Shown one piece after another: positions 21,098 to 33,200 of a DNA stretch of 64,000 bases. Position 1 is the first letter of the stretch. Every line of letters begins with the position of its first letter. The stretch is from a virus (taxonomy: Duplodnaviria; Caudoviricetes). Under the pieces are notes generated by a model that made no database searches, was not told where the DNA came from, and saw nothing but the letters and a program-made list of their open reading frames with translations. The DNA is taken from positions 2,076 through 66,075 of IMG/VR virus record IMGVR_UViG_3300043427_003544; one strand, given 5' to 3'. A program made the translations under genes and the position numbers.

Positions 21098-21226
21098 TTT
21101 TTAATTTTTATTGTTGTTATTTTTTATAAAAAAATCGTCGATTTTTCAAATAAATATAGTGTTGCTCTGAAAGCGGACTACATTTTACAAGAAAAAAAAT
21201 AAGTTTTTTTGAAAAAAAGTAGATAT

Positions 21227-22609
21227 TTAGTTTGGTGTATTTTTTTGTTCCTTTTGTTTTCTTTTCTCCAAAAGTTCCCTAACTCTATCTCTATTCTTTT
21301 CTTCTTTCTGTTCTTCAAATCCTAAGAAAGTCACAGACGATTCTGTGTCTATCTCAAGTAATTCATTATTGAACTTGCAGTTTTCGAATATTACTCCGTC
21401 TTTTCCAAGTCTAGATTTTGTAATTGCTATTGTTGCCAAGTTCATTTCTTTTTGTTGTAGTGTTTTTGCTATTGATATAATAACGTGACCAACCTGTGCC
21501 TTCTTGATTGAACCTCCCATTTGGTCTGTAGTTACGACTTCTGAAGATATAGATGACCTGTTTCCTTGGGTTGCCGTCCAACCAACAAGATTTAGTTCAT
21601 GGCACATTGCCTCAAATTGTCTCATAACTGAACCTTCACTCTTCCACTCATCTTTGTTAGGGTTTTCGGGTAGAACACAATCGATATAGTCAATCAAAAT
21701 TAAATCGACTCTGATTCCGTCTGCAATCATTTTCCTAACCTGATTCTTAATTTGTAACATAGTCAATGAGTCCGAAGGGAGCTTCTTCAAGATTAATCTG
21801 TTGGACATAGTCTCTTTGATATTCTTGATTTTGTCCATAACAATATCCTTACTCAAGACTAAATTATCAGGCTCAATACCAGTCCAAAGAGTAAAATGTT
21901 TTCTTTGTACTATTTTCGGGTTGTCTTCAAAAAATATTTGAAGAACATTATATCCCATATTAAATGCTGTGTTAGAAATCTTTGTTAGGATTGTGGTTTT
22001 ACCGACACCAGTAGGGGCCAATATAACACCTATCTCTCCTTTTGCCAAACCTCCCTTGAGTAGTCTATCAATACCGGCAATACCCATAGGAATTGGGTGA
22101 CGGAAATCTTCATCAAGAACCGTTTCCAAATCACTGAACACATCTGACATTCCATCTTGAGACTGACCAACTTGTAGTGCATCTCTTATTAATCCCTCCA
22201 CTTTATCGTAAGACTCAAAATCACCTTCGTTGATAATTTTTTGAGCCTTTTCCATTGCCTTTTGAAGTTCTTGTTGCTTACAGAATTTCAACCCTTTTTC
22301 CTGAACGAAAAAGGAACCTTCGAGTGGGGCAGATTTTATTTGTTTGATAGTATCCAATACTATTTTAGAAACTAACTCTTGTTGAATTTCTGACTTGACA
22401 ATTTGTTCCAGGGTTTCAAATGAGGGTGAGGATTCATACTTTTTATGATACTCTTTAATCATCTGAGTTATTATCTTGAAATACTTATTGTCAAAATAAG
22501 AACTTTCTAGAACATCTATAATTGTTGTGGAAAAGGTCTTGTCTAAGATTAACTGGTTGAGTAATTGTAGTTGGAATGTATTTCCAAGATAATCGAAATT
22601 TTTATTCAT
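21227..22609 (-). CDS. Replicative DNA helicase (DnaB / T4 gp41-like)
   Basis: Walker A APTGVGKTT, ILIDYID, WTATQGNR, KSRLG. Confidence 0.9.
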   Translation of the reverse strand: MNKNFDYLGNTFQLQLLNQLILDKTFSTTIIDVLESSYFDNKYFKIITQMIKEYHKKYESSPSFETLEQIVKSEIQQELVSKIVLDTIKQIKSAPLEGSFFVQEKGLKFCKQQELQKAMEKAQKIINEGDFESYDKVEGLIRDALQVGQSQDGMSDVFSDLETVLDEDFRHPIPMGIAGIDRLLKGGLAKGEIGVILAPTGVGKTTILTKISNTAFNMGYNVLQIFFEDNPKIVQRKHFTLWTGIEPDNLVLSKDIVMDKIKNIKETMSNRLILKKLPSDSLTMLQIKNQVRKMIADGIRVDLILIDYIDCVLPENPNKDEWKSEGSVMRQFEAMCHELNLVGWTATQGNRSSISSEVVTTDQMGGSIKKAQVGHVIISIAKTLQQKEMNLATIAITKSRLGKDGVIFENCKFNNELLEIDTESSVTFLGFEEQKEEKNRDRVRELLEKRKQKEQKNTPN

Positions 22610-22635
22610 AATTAAAGACCCTCTTTATTAAATAC

Positions 22636-23088
22636 TTACTTAGACAGCTCGTATTCTAAAAATTCAAAATTTAATACAGTTTCTGAAAAGATGTCAGTCA
22701 GACCTTTAAGTATATCTTTCAAATATGGTCTTACATCAACAGTATACCTAACTTTTGGTGGAAACTTTTTTCCATCAAAAATTCTATGACAAATTGTCTG
22801 GTCTCCTAACTTGATATAAATGTTAAAATATTCAGGTCCGTCTGTAAAAGATGTTTCCATTACTGATGGGTCGTGCATGATACTCTCTTTGTTGTCCAAC
22901 ATATAAACCACAGTTTTCATTTTCAAATCATACTGAAGTGTCTCTGCAGTATTTTTTAAAAATTCGTAGAGGTCATAAGAGTTTCTTGCCCTTGGATTGA
23001 ATCCCTTCACATTGAAGAATCTTTGAACTACAATATTGTCGTTCAGTGTCAAAAGGAATTCCAGTTTCGTGATGTCTTGTTCTTTCAT
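22636..23088 (-). CDS. Hypothetical protein
   Basis: 150-aa ORF within the replication cluster. Confidence 0.6.
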   Translation of the reverse strand: MKEQDITKLEFLLTLNDNIVVQRFFNVKGFNPRARNSYDLYEFLKNTAETLQYDLKMKTVVYMLDNKESIMHDPSVMETSFTDGPEYFNIYIKLGDQTICHRIFDGKKFPPKVRYTVDVRPYLKDILKGLTDIFSETVLNFEFLEYELSK

Positions 23089-23106
23089 TTTTTATTTTTT
23101 TGGTTA

Positions 23107-24099
23107 TTATATTTTTCTTTTTTCTTTTCTAGTTAATTTCATAAATGGTTTAAGAAAATTCACCCAAGCTTCGTCATTCTTTGGTAGAAATTTAAACATA
23201 CCATCTTCAATCATCATCTTCATAAGATTTTTGTATCCCCTGTCTGTAGGGTCAAAAACATCTGAATATATACTCGTCACAAGTTCTTTACCATCATCAG
23301 TAATCAGCGGATTTGTCAAATCAACAATTTTTTTGTTTAGTTCAAATAACTGTTCACCAAGTATACCATTTTTAGACTTACCAGTCAAAATATTAGTAAG
23401 AACTTTTGACTTTTTTTCTTGCATGATATTTCGAGCGTAGTCGAAGAATTCTTCGATTGTGCAGGACTTTTCAGTCATTTCAGGAAATATTTTGGTAATT
23501 GTTTTTTCACCTAATCCTTCTACACCATCTATGTTGTCTGATTTGTCCCCCGTCAATATCTTGAAAAGGAGTACATTTTGGTGGGGTATTTCAATGTCCC
23601 CCATTTTTATCTTATCACCGTTTTTATAATACTTTTTTTGGATTGGTGAAAAGATTGTAACTTTTTCTGAAATTAATTGTGTTAAATCTTTATCTGCTGA
23701 GAATATTATAATTTTCTCGTCTATAGCGATTTTACAATAATATGCAATTAAGTCATCTGCCTCATTATCTTTAATTTCAACCTGTCTGACAAAAACCTCT
23801 TCTAAGTATTGTTTCACTCTAACCTTTTGTTGCAGGTAAGCTTCGTACTTGTACTCAGCCATGGATTGTCTTCGATTAGCCTTGTATTGGGGGTACAGTG
23901 ACTTTCTGGTTGATGAATTAGTATCACCATCCCAAAATACAACTACCTTATCGTGGTTATGCTCTTCTAGAAACTTTTTGAGAGTGTTGATAAAATGAAA
24001 TACTCCCCCAACGTGTTGATTCTCGTTAAAGTAATCCTTTGCACCGTGAAATCCAATCTTAAATAAATTATCTCCGTCTACTAATAGTGTTTTTGTCAC
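23107..24099 (-). CDS. 5'-3' exonuclease / flap endonuclease (T4 RNase H, Pol I N-domain-like)
   Basis: LLVDGDNL, YKANR, EADDLIA, SADKDL, GDKSDNIDGVEGLGEKT; GTG start. Confidence 0.92.
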   Translation of the reverse strand: MTKTLLVDGDNLFKIGFHGAKDYFNENQHVGGVFHFINTLKKFLEEHNHDKVVVFWDGDTNSSTRKSLYPQYKANRRQSMAEYKYEAYLQQKVRVKQYLEEVFVRQVEIKDNEADDLIAYYCKIAIDEKIIIFSADKDLTQLISEKVTIFSPIQKKYYKNGDKIKMGDIEIPHQNVLLFKILTGDKSDNIDGVEGLGEKTITKIFPEMTEKSCTIEEFFDYARNIMQEKKSKVLTNILTGKSKNGILGEQLFELNKKIVDLTNPLITDDGKELVTSIYSDVFDPTDRGYKNLMKMMIEDGMFKFLPKNDEAWVNFLKPFMKLTRKEKRKI

Positions 24100-24119
24100 A
24101 TACCTTTTTTAAAGGGTTC

Positions 24120-25121
24120 TCAATCTTCTTTTTCTTCTGTTAAAGTGAAATCACCATCAGAACCGATAATGTCTTTCCAATAATCAGCATACTCTTTTTT
24201 GTATTCTTCGATAGAGGTTTTTTCTTCTGCAGAATCTTTACCCGCCAAGAATCCGTGAGGAGTTACAATTATTTTACCATCATCATATCCTAAACCATTG
24301 ATGTGATTTTTCAAAACAGATATTTTACTTCTTATCGCAAACTTAACTGAACGTTTGTCTTTGGTTGCTGTAATCTTGGTAGTTCCTGCTCCTTTTTGAT
24401 TTCCAAATAGGAAAACTAAAGAAGAATTTAACCAAACAGATTCACCACCTTTCGCCTTAATTTTGGGTTGACCAAATGGATTATCAGGAAGTTCTACCCA
24501 TGGTTGATTAATAATAATCAAAGTATTTTCATATTCAGTATCAGCCTTTCTAGAACCTGATATTCTTTGGTTGATTCCCATACCAATTTTATCTGATAGT
24601 ACAGATGCGTTATGTTGTTTACCACCCTTACCCTCATAAGTCATCTTACACGGAACAGAACCAACTGAATCCCAAATAAAACATAAACTATAGGTTAGTT
24701 CTCCTTTTTCTTGAGCGTCAAGTAATTGATTAATGTACTCAGTTATTTGTTCTATATAACTAAAATTGTTGTTGAAAAGGAAAAATCCATCCCAATCCAT
24801 CTCACCTGTTTCTTTATCAGGAACTTCCTCACATTCAAAACCCATAAGTCGGGCATGGTCAAAACTCCATTTTTGTTCTGTAATAATGAACACAGGTAAA
24901 ATACCCTTTTTCTGCGCATCGACTGCTGATTTAATTGCTGCTGTGGTTTTACCTGTGTCTGAGTGACCTAAGAACATGTTAATATGCCCAATTGCCGGAC
25001 CAGGTATTCCAACCGCATCCAAAAAATCTTGACCCAAATCAAAAAATCTTTGTGGTTTATATTTTGCCGAAGTAGAAAACTTTTTCTTTAAACTACTGAA
25101 TTCATTTTTCTTTATTGCCAT
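24120..25121 (-). CDS. RecA/UvsX-like recombinase
   Basis: GHSDTGKTT P-loop, IWDSVGS, IIINQ, KGG, KNH motifs of the RecA fold. Confidence 0.82.
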   Translation of the reverse strand: MAIKKNEFSSLKKKFSTSAKYKPQRFFDLGQDFLDAVGIPGPAIGHINMFLGHSDTGKTTAAIKSAVDAQKKGILPVFIITEQKWSFDHARLMGFECEEVPDKETGEMDWDGFFLFNNNFSYIEQITEYINQLLDAQEKGELTYSLCFIWDSVGSVPCKMTYEGKGGKQHNASVLSDKIGMGINQRISGSRKADTEYENTLIIINQPWVELPDNPFGQPKIKAKGGESVWLNSSLVFLFGNQKGAGTTKITATKDKRSVKFAIRSKISVLKNHINGLGYDDGKIIVTPHGFLAGKDSAEEKTSIEEYKKEYADYWKDIIGSDGDFTLTEEKED

Positions 25122-25127
25122 TATAAA

Positions 25128-25415
25128 TTATTTTAATTTCTTCAAGACTGGTATATCCATACCTATTTTCTCTTTTGTCATTTGCTCATCTTGTACATAC
25201 ACTGTACCAATTTCATCTTCGTGAAACGATATTATAGTAACCGGTAATTTACTTACAGGGTCAGATTCCATTATAAAACCAACTAATACTTTATCACCAA
25301 CCTCTATTTTTCTTCCTGAAGAATATCTTTGATTTGGATTCTTCATGGCTTCTTCCTCAGTCAGAACTATTTTAGTATTGTTAATCTGAAATTGTAAAAA
25401 TTCTTCGAGTTTCAT
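25128..25415 (-). CDS. Hypothetical protein
   Basis: 95-aa ORF with ATG start between the SSB and RecA-like genes. Confidence 0.55.
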   Translation of the reverse strand: MKLEEFLQFQINNTKIVLTEEEAMKNPNQRYSSGRKIEVGDKVLVGFIMESDPVSKLPVTIISFHEDEIGTVYVQDEQMTKEKIGMDIPVLKKLK

Positions 25416-25426
25416 GTTTCTATATT

Positions 25427-25459
25427 AAAAAAAAATTGTGGGTGGCATTTACCACCCAC
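25427..25459 (-). terminator. Rho-independent terminator after SSB gene
   Basis: Minus strand GTGGGTGGT-AAAT-GCCACCCAC followed by AATTTTTTTTT. Confidence 0.8.
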
Positions 25460-25469
25460 TTATTAAAAA

Positions 25470-26312
25470 TTAAAACGGTAAGTCTTCGTCTGGTTCAGAT
25501 TCTGCCTGTGGGTCACTATATTTTTTACTACCACCAATCGATGTTTCTCCCTCGGTACTATCTCCGTAGATATATTTACCTAATTCTGAATCCCATCTTG
25601 GTGTCTCACCTCTAGCAATTGCTTCCAAATAGTCTACAGGTTTTTTAGAATACACATCGTTCCAAGTCAACTCATCTTTAACCCACTCAGAAGCCTGTTC
25701 TTTTTCAGAATGTACTGGAGTTGGGTCATCGTACATAATTGTTGATACAGTTGTATATTCTTTACCTTTTGGAGTTTTAGATTTTGTTAATTCGATAATC
25801 AAATCTCTACCTTTTTCAGCATCTGTAATATCACCTTTAGCTCTCCAAATAGGAATAATCTTATCGAGAATGCCCTCGTTTTTATAATTGTGTTTGAATC
25901 TCCAAAACTTAGGTCCGTCTTGTTCGTTGTCTCTATCTATTACCTTAACAATATAGAATTTACGAGATTTGTATTGTTTTGCTAACTCTTTGTCAGATTC
26001 TTTACCTGTTGACATAAGTTCTTCATAAACTTCATTCAGAGGTGAACGTTCGTTGTCATTTTTTCCTGGGTCATAGAATTTTTGCCATTTACCTCCAACT
26101 TGGATTTCGTGGTACCAAGCTTCTTTAAATGGTGATGAACCATCTGGTGTAGGGAGAATTCTTATTCTCCTTTGTCCTGAACTTTCTTTATCACCCAAAA
26201 TGAGAGCAAAATACTTTTTCATTCTTTCGTCTTGAGACATTTTTCCTTGGGCCCCGCCCCCTGAAATTTTCGATTTTTCGTACTGTGCCAATACGGCGTC
26301 TAATGTATTCAT
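25470..26312 (-). CDS. Single-stranded DNA-binding protein (T4 gp32-like)
   Basis: RIRILP, VKVIDRD...PKFWRF, DITD..KGRDL, acidic tail EPDEDLPF. Confidence 0.85.
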   Translation of the reverse strand: MNTLDAVLAQYEKSKISGGGAQGKMSQDERMKKYFALILGDKESSGQRRIRILPTPDGSSPFKEAWYHEIQVGGKWQKFYDPGKNDNERSPLNEVYEELMSTGKESDKELAKQYKSRKFYIVKVIDRDNEQDGPKFWRFKHNYKNEGILDKIIPIWRAKGDITDAEKGRDLIIELTKSKTPKGKEYTTVSTIMYDDPTPVHSEKEQASEWVKDELTWNDVYSKKPVDYLEAIARGETPRWDSELGKYIYGDSTEGETSIGGSKKYSDPQAESEPDEDLPF

Positions 26313-26330
26313 GTTATAAAATTTATATTA

Positions 26331-26362
26331 CAAATATAGTTCAAATAAACAACTTTGTCAAA
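26331..26362 (-). promoter_or_regulatory. Host-RNAP promoter for SSB gene (Bacteroidota -33/-7 type, also sigma70-like)
   Basis: Minus strand TTTG-N20-TATATTTG matches TTTG/TAnnTTTG; it also reads as TTGACA-17-TATATT; lies directly after a terminator. Confidence 0.7.
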
Positions 26363-26363
26363 T

Positions 26364-26386
26364 TAAAAAGGTCCCGTAAGGGACCT
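26364..26386 (-). terminator. Rho-independent terminator
   Basis: AGGTCCC-TTAC-GGGACCT then TTTT on the minus strand, 5 nt after the stop at 26391. Confidence 0.8.
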
Positions 26387-26390
26387 CTCA

Positions 26391-27011
26391 TTAATATTCT
26401 GGGTTGAAGTGTGGTTGGAAACTATCTTTCATTTCCTTATCACTAACATCAGTTATTTGGTCAGAAGTCAAAACATAATCATGTTTTCCCGTCTTTTCCA
26501 TTTCTTCCTTTTTATCTTCGAAGAAGTCTGAAAGTTTTTGATTAAATGGATACGAATCATAAGTTCTTAATTCCAATTTTTCTTCAGGTGTCTTTTCTCT
26601 GTATTTTTCTATTTTACCTTCTAAAGAATTCAGTTTATTTAACACAGCATCCATCTGAGAAAGTTTTTGCTCTAAATTAGAAACTTGAGAAAATAATGAG
26701 TTAAAATACTCCTCTTGTTTTCTTTCTATGTTCTCTTGAGATTTTACTAAATCTGTTACTTCCAATTCTTCTTTACCAGTATCTTCTTCTGAAGTTCCTT
26801 GGTCATCTATTTTTTCAACATCAGTATCAGTTTCTACATCAATCTTTTCGGGTTGTGTATCCATTGCAGTTTCCTCGGGTTGAGGAGCATCCTCTGGCGT
26901 AGGTGGTGGAGCTGGAGGTAGAGCTTCAGGTGCTCCGGCCTGTTCATTTATATACTTGTTAATAAAATGATACCTCTCAATTTCACTTAAAATTTTTTTA
27001 TCTATACCCAT
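26391..27011 (-). CDS. Hypothetical acidic coiled-coil protein
   Basis: 206 aa: Pro/Glu-rich N-half, heptad coiled coil, C-terminal YDSYPFNQKLSDF. Confidence 0.6.
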   Translation of the reverse strand: MGIDKKILSEIERYHFINKYINEQAGAPEALPPAPPPTPEDAPQPEETAMDTQPEKIDVETDTDVEKIDDQGTSEEDTGKEELEVTDLVKSQENIERKQEEYFNSLFSQVSNLEQKLSQMDAVLNKLNSLEGKIEKYREKTPEEKLELRTYDSYPFNQKLSDFFEDKKEEMEKTGKHDYVLTSDQITDVSDKEMKDSFQPHFNPEY

Positions 27012-27013
27012 TT

Positions 27014-27238
27014 TTAGCCATTTAATAATTGTTTTATTCCACCTACTGTTTCTACTTTTACTTTTCTATTTGCAAAAACTTGGTGCCCTGCTCTTTCGAT
27101 TAATCCATCTCTTTCTCTCACAACGTAACATTCTCCTGTATCCAAATCACAAACTTCTTTGGAGCCATCTCCATTATCTGATTCACTAAATCTTACTTTT
27201 TTTCCTAAATAGTTGTTCAAGATATTATTAATACTCAT
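27014..27238 (-). CDS. Hypothetical small protein
   Basis: ATG at 27238 (MSINNIL...EVCDLDTGEC...DGLIER) with a TATTTAT motif just upstream. Confidence 0.6.
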   Translation of the reverse strand: MSINNILNNYLGKKVRFSESDNGDGSKEVCDLDTGECYVVRERDGLIERAGHQVFANRKVKVETVGGIKQLLNG

Positions 27239-27290
27239 AAAATCTTTTCTTATAAATATATGCAAAAGAACAAATTGTTTATTTATGTTT

Positions 27291-30200
27291 CTAAGGTAGG
27301 AAAGTAAAATCCGTTGTTGACTGAGCTTCTCCACCCGTAGTAACAACTTTAATTTTCCCTCCAGATTTATATTGAGGAACAAATACAATTTTTGTTTGTG
27401 TATTTTCGTTTATTGTTGTACCTGACCCATTTAAATAAACCATAGTTTTACCGATTAAATTAGTACCTGAAAGTGTAATTGGTACAATTTCTGTTGAGCC
27501 TGTTGGATTAAAGTTAATTATCGTTGGTTTTTCACAAGTTTCCTTGGTGTCGTCTTGAGTATTCAAATTGTTTTGTGGGTTGGTTCCTGTACTTGTGTTT
27601 GCGGTTGTTATTGTTCCATCAACAATTTTGTTGATTTCTTCTGTGGTCATTTGTGATATATTCAAATTGGTTATTGTTGCCAACTTATTCATATCATTCA
27701 AAGCTTCTTTCATTCTATCAGAATCAATTTTGACTGAAGATGTATTACTCGAAAGTAATGTATTGTATGTGTTTACAGAAGTTCCTGATGGGTTAAAGAA
27801 ACAATAAAAATACTTATTCAATCCTTCCTGAACTATTCTTTTTTTATTTTTTTCCATTCGAGAATTTAAAAAATCAAAATATCTGAAAGTAGAATCAAAG
27901 TTTGCAAATGGTACTGTATTATCAGCCACATCAACACAACAATAGGTTTTATCAAAGAAAGATTTATAATTTGATTTGTAATCGTTTGTCAAATTAATTT
28001 TATTACAATAGTTGTTGTTGTACCCAACTATCTGCCCGTTGTCAATTTGAGATGAAATATAACTATAAACATAGAAAGCTCTTTGTAATATTGGGTCAAC
28101 TGAGCCCGTCCTTTCTGTCAATACAGAATTGATGACTTTAATCATTTCTTCCTTGGTAATTTTTGTCACGACAGTCGGAATGTTTACAAATCCGTCTTGT
28201 AAATAAAGTTGATTTACAGTCAAGTCACATGCACCCAAAGTAGAAGAAGTGTTATTGTTATTCGAAGAATTATTTGTTGCGGTTTGATTATTCGTCGTAG
28301 ATATTGGTGGTGTTTTTTGTACTTTATTTCTAATTACTGTTTCAATTCTTGTCAATAAATTTTGATTTATACTTTGTAGATACTTGTCTATTTGTGGTAA
28401 ATCAAATATACCTTGCCTAACTCCTGTAAATTGTGTTTGGAATACACCAGGACTTATAGTGTGTTCAACATCTGTTATGAGATATGGTCCGTAGAACATA
28501 GGGACATTTCTCAAATTGAAATACATTGCAGGTTGTATCATAGCATTACCCAGTGACTCAACAGTGCAAGGATAGGTTCTTTGTAGATAGAAATTGTAGA
28601 GACTTGTGTTTTGAGTTGCTGTTTGAGTACCTGAGTTAATATTAATTGTGTTTAACGTTTGTTGTACAGATTCTGATGTTGCCTTACCATTATCTTGTCC
28701 AACTTGGAATGAATAAAAGACGTTTTGATTTTTAATTCCGATGTCTACATTGAATCCGACACATCTGTTAGATTTTGCATAATCAGCTTCTGACTTATTC
28801 GACAAATTTTCTCTAAGTGGAACTTGTGGAGGTATTCCAAAATCAAAACCATCGTTTCTATATCTAAAATATTTGTTTTTTGGTAATGCCGGATAATTTG
28901 ATGGTTTACCAACAAAGAACCCTACTAGTTTTGGAGAACTTTCTCTGTAATCAACATTTAAAAATGTTCCCCAAAGATTATTCGCAAAATCTAGACTTCC
29001 TTCTGGTTTCCTAGTGGTGACTCCATCAACATCTTGGACATTGTAAAAATTAACATAGGCGGGAAGATTCATCACGTTGAACTTATTTTTCAACATCAGT
29101 GATGTTATTAAATCTTGTACAGTCTTATTATCATTTTCTTTTGCTGATGTAAGCATTGTTTTTAAATCGAAAATATCAACAAGTAGTATATCTCCTATGT
29201 TTCTCGAAGCTCTATCTAAAAATAGAATATCTTCAAAAAGAGTTTTAGTTTCAAAATCGTACCCGGCAACCCATTTATCGTTCAAACTTTTGAACATTTC
29301 ATAAAAATTAATTTTAGATTGTTGTCCATCGATTATACTTGGTTTTACCGTTTCACTTACTTGGCTTTGATTTGGTAATTTTTTTCTTATTAAATTTAAA
29401 ACCCCATCAATAAATAAATCTTGTATACCTTTACATGCCGCAAAATATTCTTCTAATTGTCTTTTAACCCCTAAAACTGTACTAGACTTTTGAAGTTTTT
29501 GTGTTGCGTAAATTTTAATAAGTGGAGAAAGAAGCTGAATATTTTCAACTGTGAATTTTATATTATTGTCAATAAAGAAATCAGTAATGAATGAACCATT
29601 ATCTTTGTATACCAATTGAGGTATTGTAGAAAATCCTACTTCTAATTCCAATTCGAGCCACTCTTTCGGGTAATTTGTTTTAGATTGTTGTAAAGTCGTT
29701 GTTCCTCCTTGAGAGGGTAAACTACCTTCTACATATGGTTCAAATTTTATCGGGTCAATAAATGTCTGACCTAATCCTTGAGGGTATAAGTAAGAATCAA
29801 AAATTCTTTTGTTATAGTTCGTTGGATTACCATATCTAAAAATAACATCATACTCTAAAAATGATGCTAATTTGCTCTGAATGTTTTCATACTGAGTATT
29901 GATTGTATTAAGAAAATATGTTTGATTTGGAACGTTGGAAGTGTTAAAAGGTACTTTCATCATGTTACTGAAGAACGCTTGAAAGTTTCTATATATTGAA
30001 TTATTGTCAACCCCATTTGAGTCTAAACCATAAAGTTGAAATCCTGTAGTAAGGTCAGTTGCGGGTTTCGAAAAATTCAAGAACTCTGTTTCGAAAGTAT
30101 CCAAAATCTTTTTTTCGAACACAGAAAATATATCATCAATTTTCATGTAGTTTTCTACCTCAGAAAATCTGAAAGGCGATAATTCTCCAGGTTCCATTTT

Positions 30201-33200
30201 GAACACATTAATGTATTCATCATACTTTGGTTTTTTTATTTTTTCGAAATCAAAATATCCGAAATTAGGTGCCGCCCAAAATAGTCTGACTGAACCGTTA
30301 AACACGCTAGGATTTCCAGCAAATGCGTATCCTTGAGTTAGTGTATTTCCATTGACAAGAGCTTGTTCTGACTCATTAACGTATGTACCGAATGACGGCA
30401 TCACATACATTTCTTGTATTGATTTGGTTTCTGTTTTACAATCTAATGTGGTCGATGAAAACTCGATATTTGCCGGAATTAAAACTGACCAAGTTTTCAC
30501 ATTGAATGAATTACTACCGTTTTGCACATTAGATATATTAGAGGTGGGGAAGTTATAAACGTTCATACCTCTATTCACAGCACTTTGGATTTCATCATCA
30601 GTATAGTCCTTGAATAAATCATACCCGTTATAGAATACATTAAAGTCATTTATTGTTTTGGGATAAAATCCCACTTCTATATTATTAATTTGACTATATC
30701 CTGATTGTAATTGAATTTTTTGTTCTTGACCATTTTTTACATAACTATAAGTTTTGGCAACATTTCTAGTTATTGGGTCATATTGGTCAACAAAGTTGAA
30801 ACTACTCCAAACATCAGATAAGATGTCTCCACCTGTTTGTTTGAATGTTTTATATCGGTGCCAAATTGAACCCATTTTTAAAATCCATGCATAAGGAAGT
30901 TTGTGTATTGCACCATATTTTTTTAGTGATGCAAACATGTAATTCAAATCGTCAATTGGATTTTGTAAACCTATTTCTATATCAGCGGTGGTTGTCACCG
31001 TTGATGTTGATTTAAGTTTCTCTCTAAGACTTATTAGTGGTAATGAATTCAAGAAAAGGTAAGCCGCCGCTTTAAATGGGTTTTGTGATGACCTTCTCAA
31101 ATTATCAACCCCTTTGGATATTGAATTTATAAAGAAGGGGGTATTCAACATTGATGTTGTTGTCACAATGGGTAATTGTCTTTGTCCTGCAGCAGTTCTT
31201 GCTGGCGAGTCTGTAAAAGTATATCCTACTGTTGGAGGAAAGTCTGAAGGGAAAGTTGAGTTATAAAACTCATTTATCAACAAAGAATTTGTTACTATTT
31301 TGTTCGGATTATTAGAATACAAATAACAAAAATTTGTGACAGGTCTTTTTACATTATAATTGTCCAAATCGTTAAAATTCGAAATGACATTTCTTTGTTC
31401 AAAAACTTCTAATACAGCATTAGTATTATATCTTTTATTTGCTTTGTTTTGGTCATACCCCACCAAATTTGTTTCACACCATGTATCGTTGATAAACGGA
31501 TAAGTGTCCATGATATTTGGTTCCGTATCTATTTCGATTACTGAACGTAATTGTTCGTTTGTATTTGGTAGGTTTTTTTGTGGCTCAGGTCCTAACTCAC
31601 TCACTTCGAGTATTGAGAAAGATTTGTCAGTAAGTGTCCTAAGATAAGGAGTGACAAAAAAATCTCTTATAAAATCTTGCCAAGACCTACCTGTACCTTG
31701 GTTAGAAAACCCTTTCAAAAGATTCAAATAATTATTGGCAGTAATGTCATAATTCTTCAATTTATAATTTAAGTATGGAGTACTTACCCCCAAACTTAAT
31801 TCTATGTTTTGACTTTCTAAGTCTTGTAAAAGAGTTGTCAGATATGTTTTTCTGTTCTCGGGTGTTCTACCTAATCCAGTATAATAAGCCGTAACAAATT
31901 GTCTCTCCCAAATTTCATAGAAAAATTTGAGTTCATCTTTATTTCTATATGCAATATCTAACTGAGGATATTCTATTGCGTTAATATTAATTAAATTTGT
32001 TTGTTCTGATGTGTCTAATGGTGGTTGAGAAACCGGTATATCAAACTTTTGAGTAAGTCCCTTACAATATTCCTCAACAAACTCAACCTCAGGCCATTTG
32101 TCATACTCATCCGCCTTTGTCAACCCAACAACTGATGGGTCAGCTAAATAGGTTAATTGAAATCTACCTTCAACATCTTTGTTTGTTTCAACAAAAAATT
32201 GTGGCCACGGATAAACAAGTTCTTTAGCATCATCCAATGGTGTACTATCAATAGTACTTATCTGAACTTCATCACCTTTTAAATCTGAACTTTTTACTGA
32301 AAATTGATTAGTGTAAACACTTTTCCTTATCGGGTCGTTTCTCAAAGACCATGCTTTAGTATGAACATCGTCAAGTAATCTCAAAAATCCCTCGGTAGTT
32401 GCCATTATAATTCCAACAATATTTCTTATTGAAGGTCTAAAACCAATACCTTGTTTAGGGTCTTCTATTTTTTTGGAAAGTTCTGTAGTTATTAGAGATT
32501 CATAATCCGCCTGTTTTCTATTGGCACTAGTTTCCATTACTTGTAGTTTTTGTAAAAAACCATCAAAATCGAAAACTGGTCCGAATATTATAGATTCTTT
32601 ACCACTAGAGTCGACTTGTTTGTATCCTGTAAATAGATTTTTTCTTTGTTGTTTATAATTCTCTACTTCAGGTGAGTCTACTGACTGCGCAAATATCCCT
32701 TTCTCTTGAGCACTTTTTAGTAAGTCTACCGTTGCAGTATCAAAATTACTAATCACGATAGTATCAAATTTTATCGGATTAATAATTGGGAACTTTCCTC
32801 TTTTACCTAATGTACCAGCATTTGCCAAAGTTTCTGTATATTCACCTATAATTCTTTTTAATTCCTCAAGAGCGGTATTTTTTTCAGTGACATTGAAACT
32901 ATTTTCTTTGAATGTGTATACCCTACCTCCGTTTTTCAAAATAATTGGGACAGGGTCGACCCATTGGATAAACCAAGAATCGTTTGCCAACAAAACTTGG
33001 TCGGCATATTTTTTCAAATTTCCTTTATAATCTCTACAATCTGTTAAAGGTTGGACATCAGCCTCTGTAAAAGATTCTAATATTCTAGTTTCAAAAGTTT
33101 GTATAATGTCAATTAATTGGTAGAACGTTATTTCAGGAAAATCTTTTGGTAATAATTTTTTTGCTTTGTATTCACTGTAAACCTCAACAATTTTCTCATA

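Noticed and set aside
21098-21226. Cobalamin riboswitch or NrdR boxes upstream of nrdJ
   Set aside because: The region is only about 130 nt and very AT-rich with no B12-box; ACACTATATTT matches only half an NrdR box and there is no convincing tandem partner.
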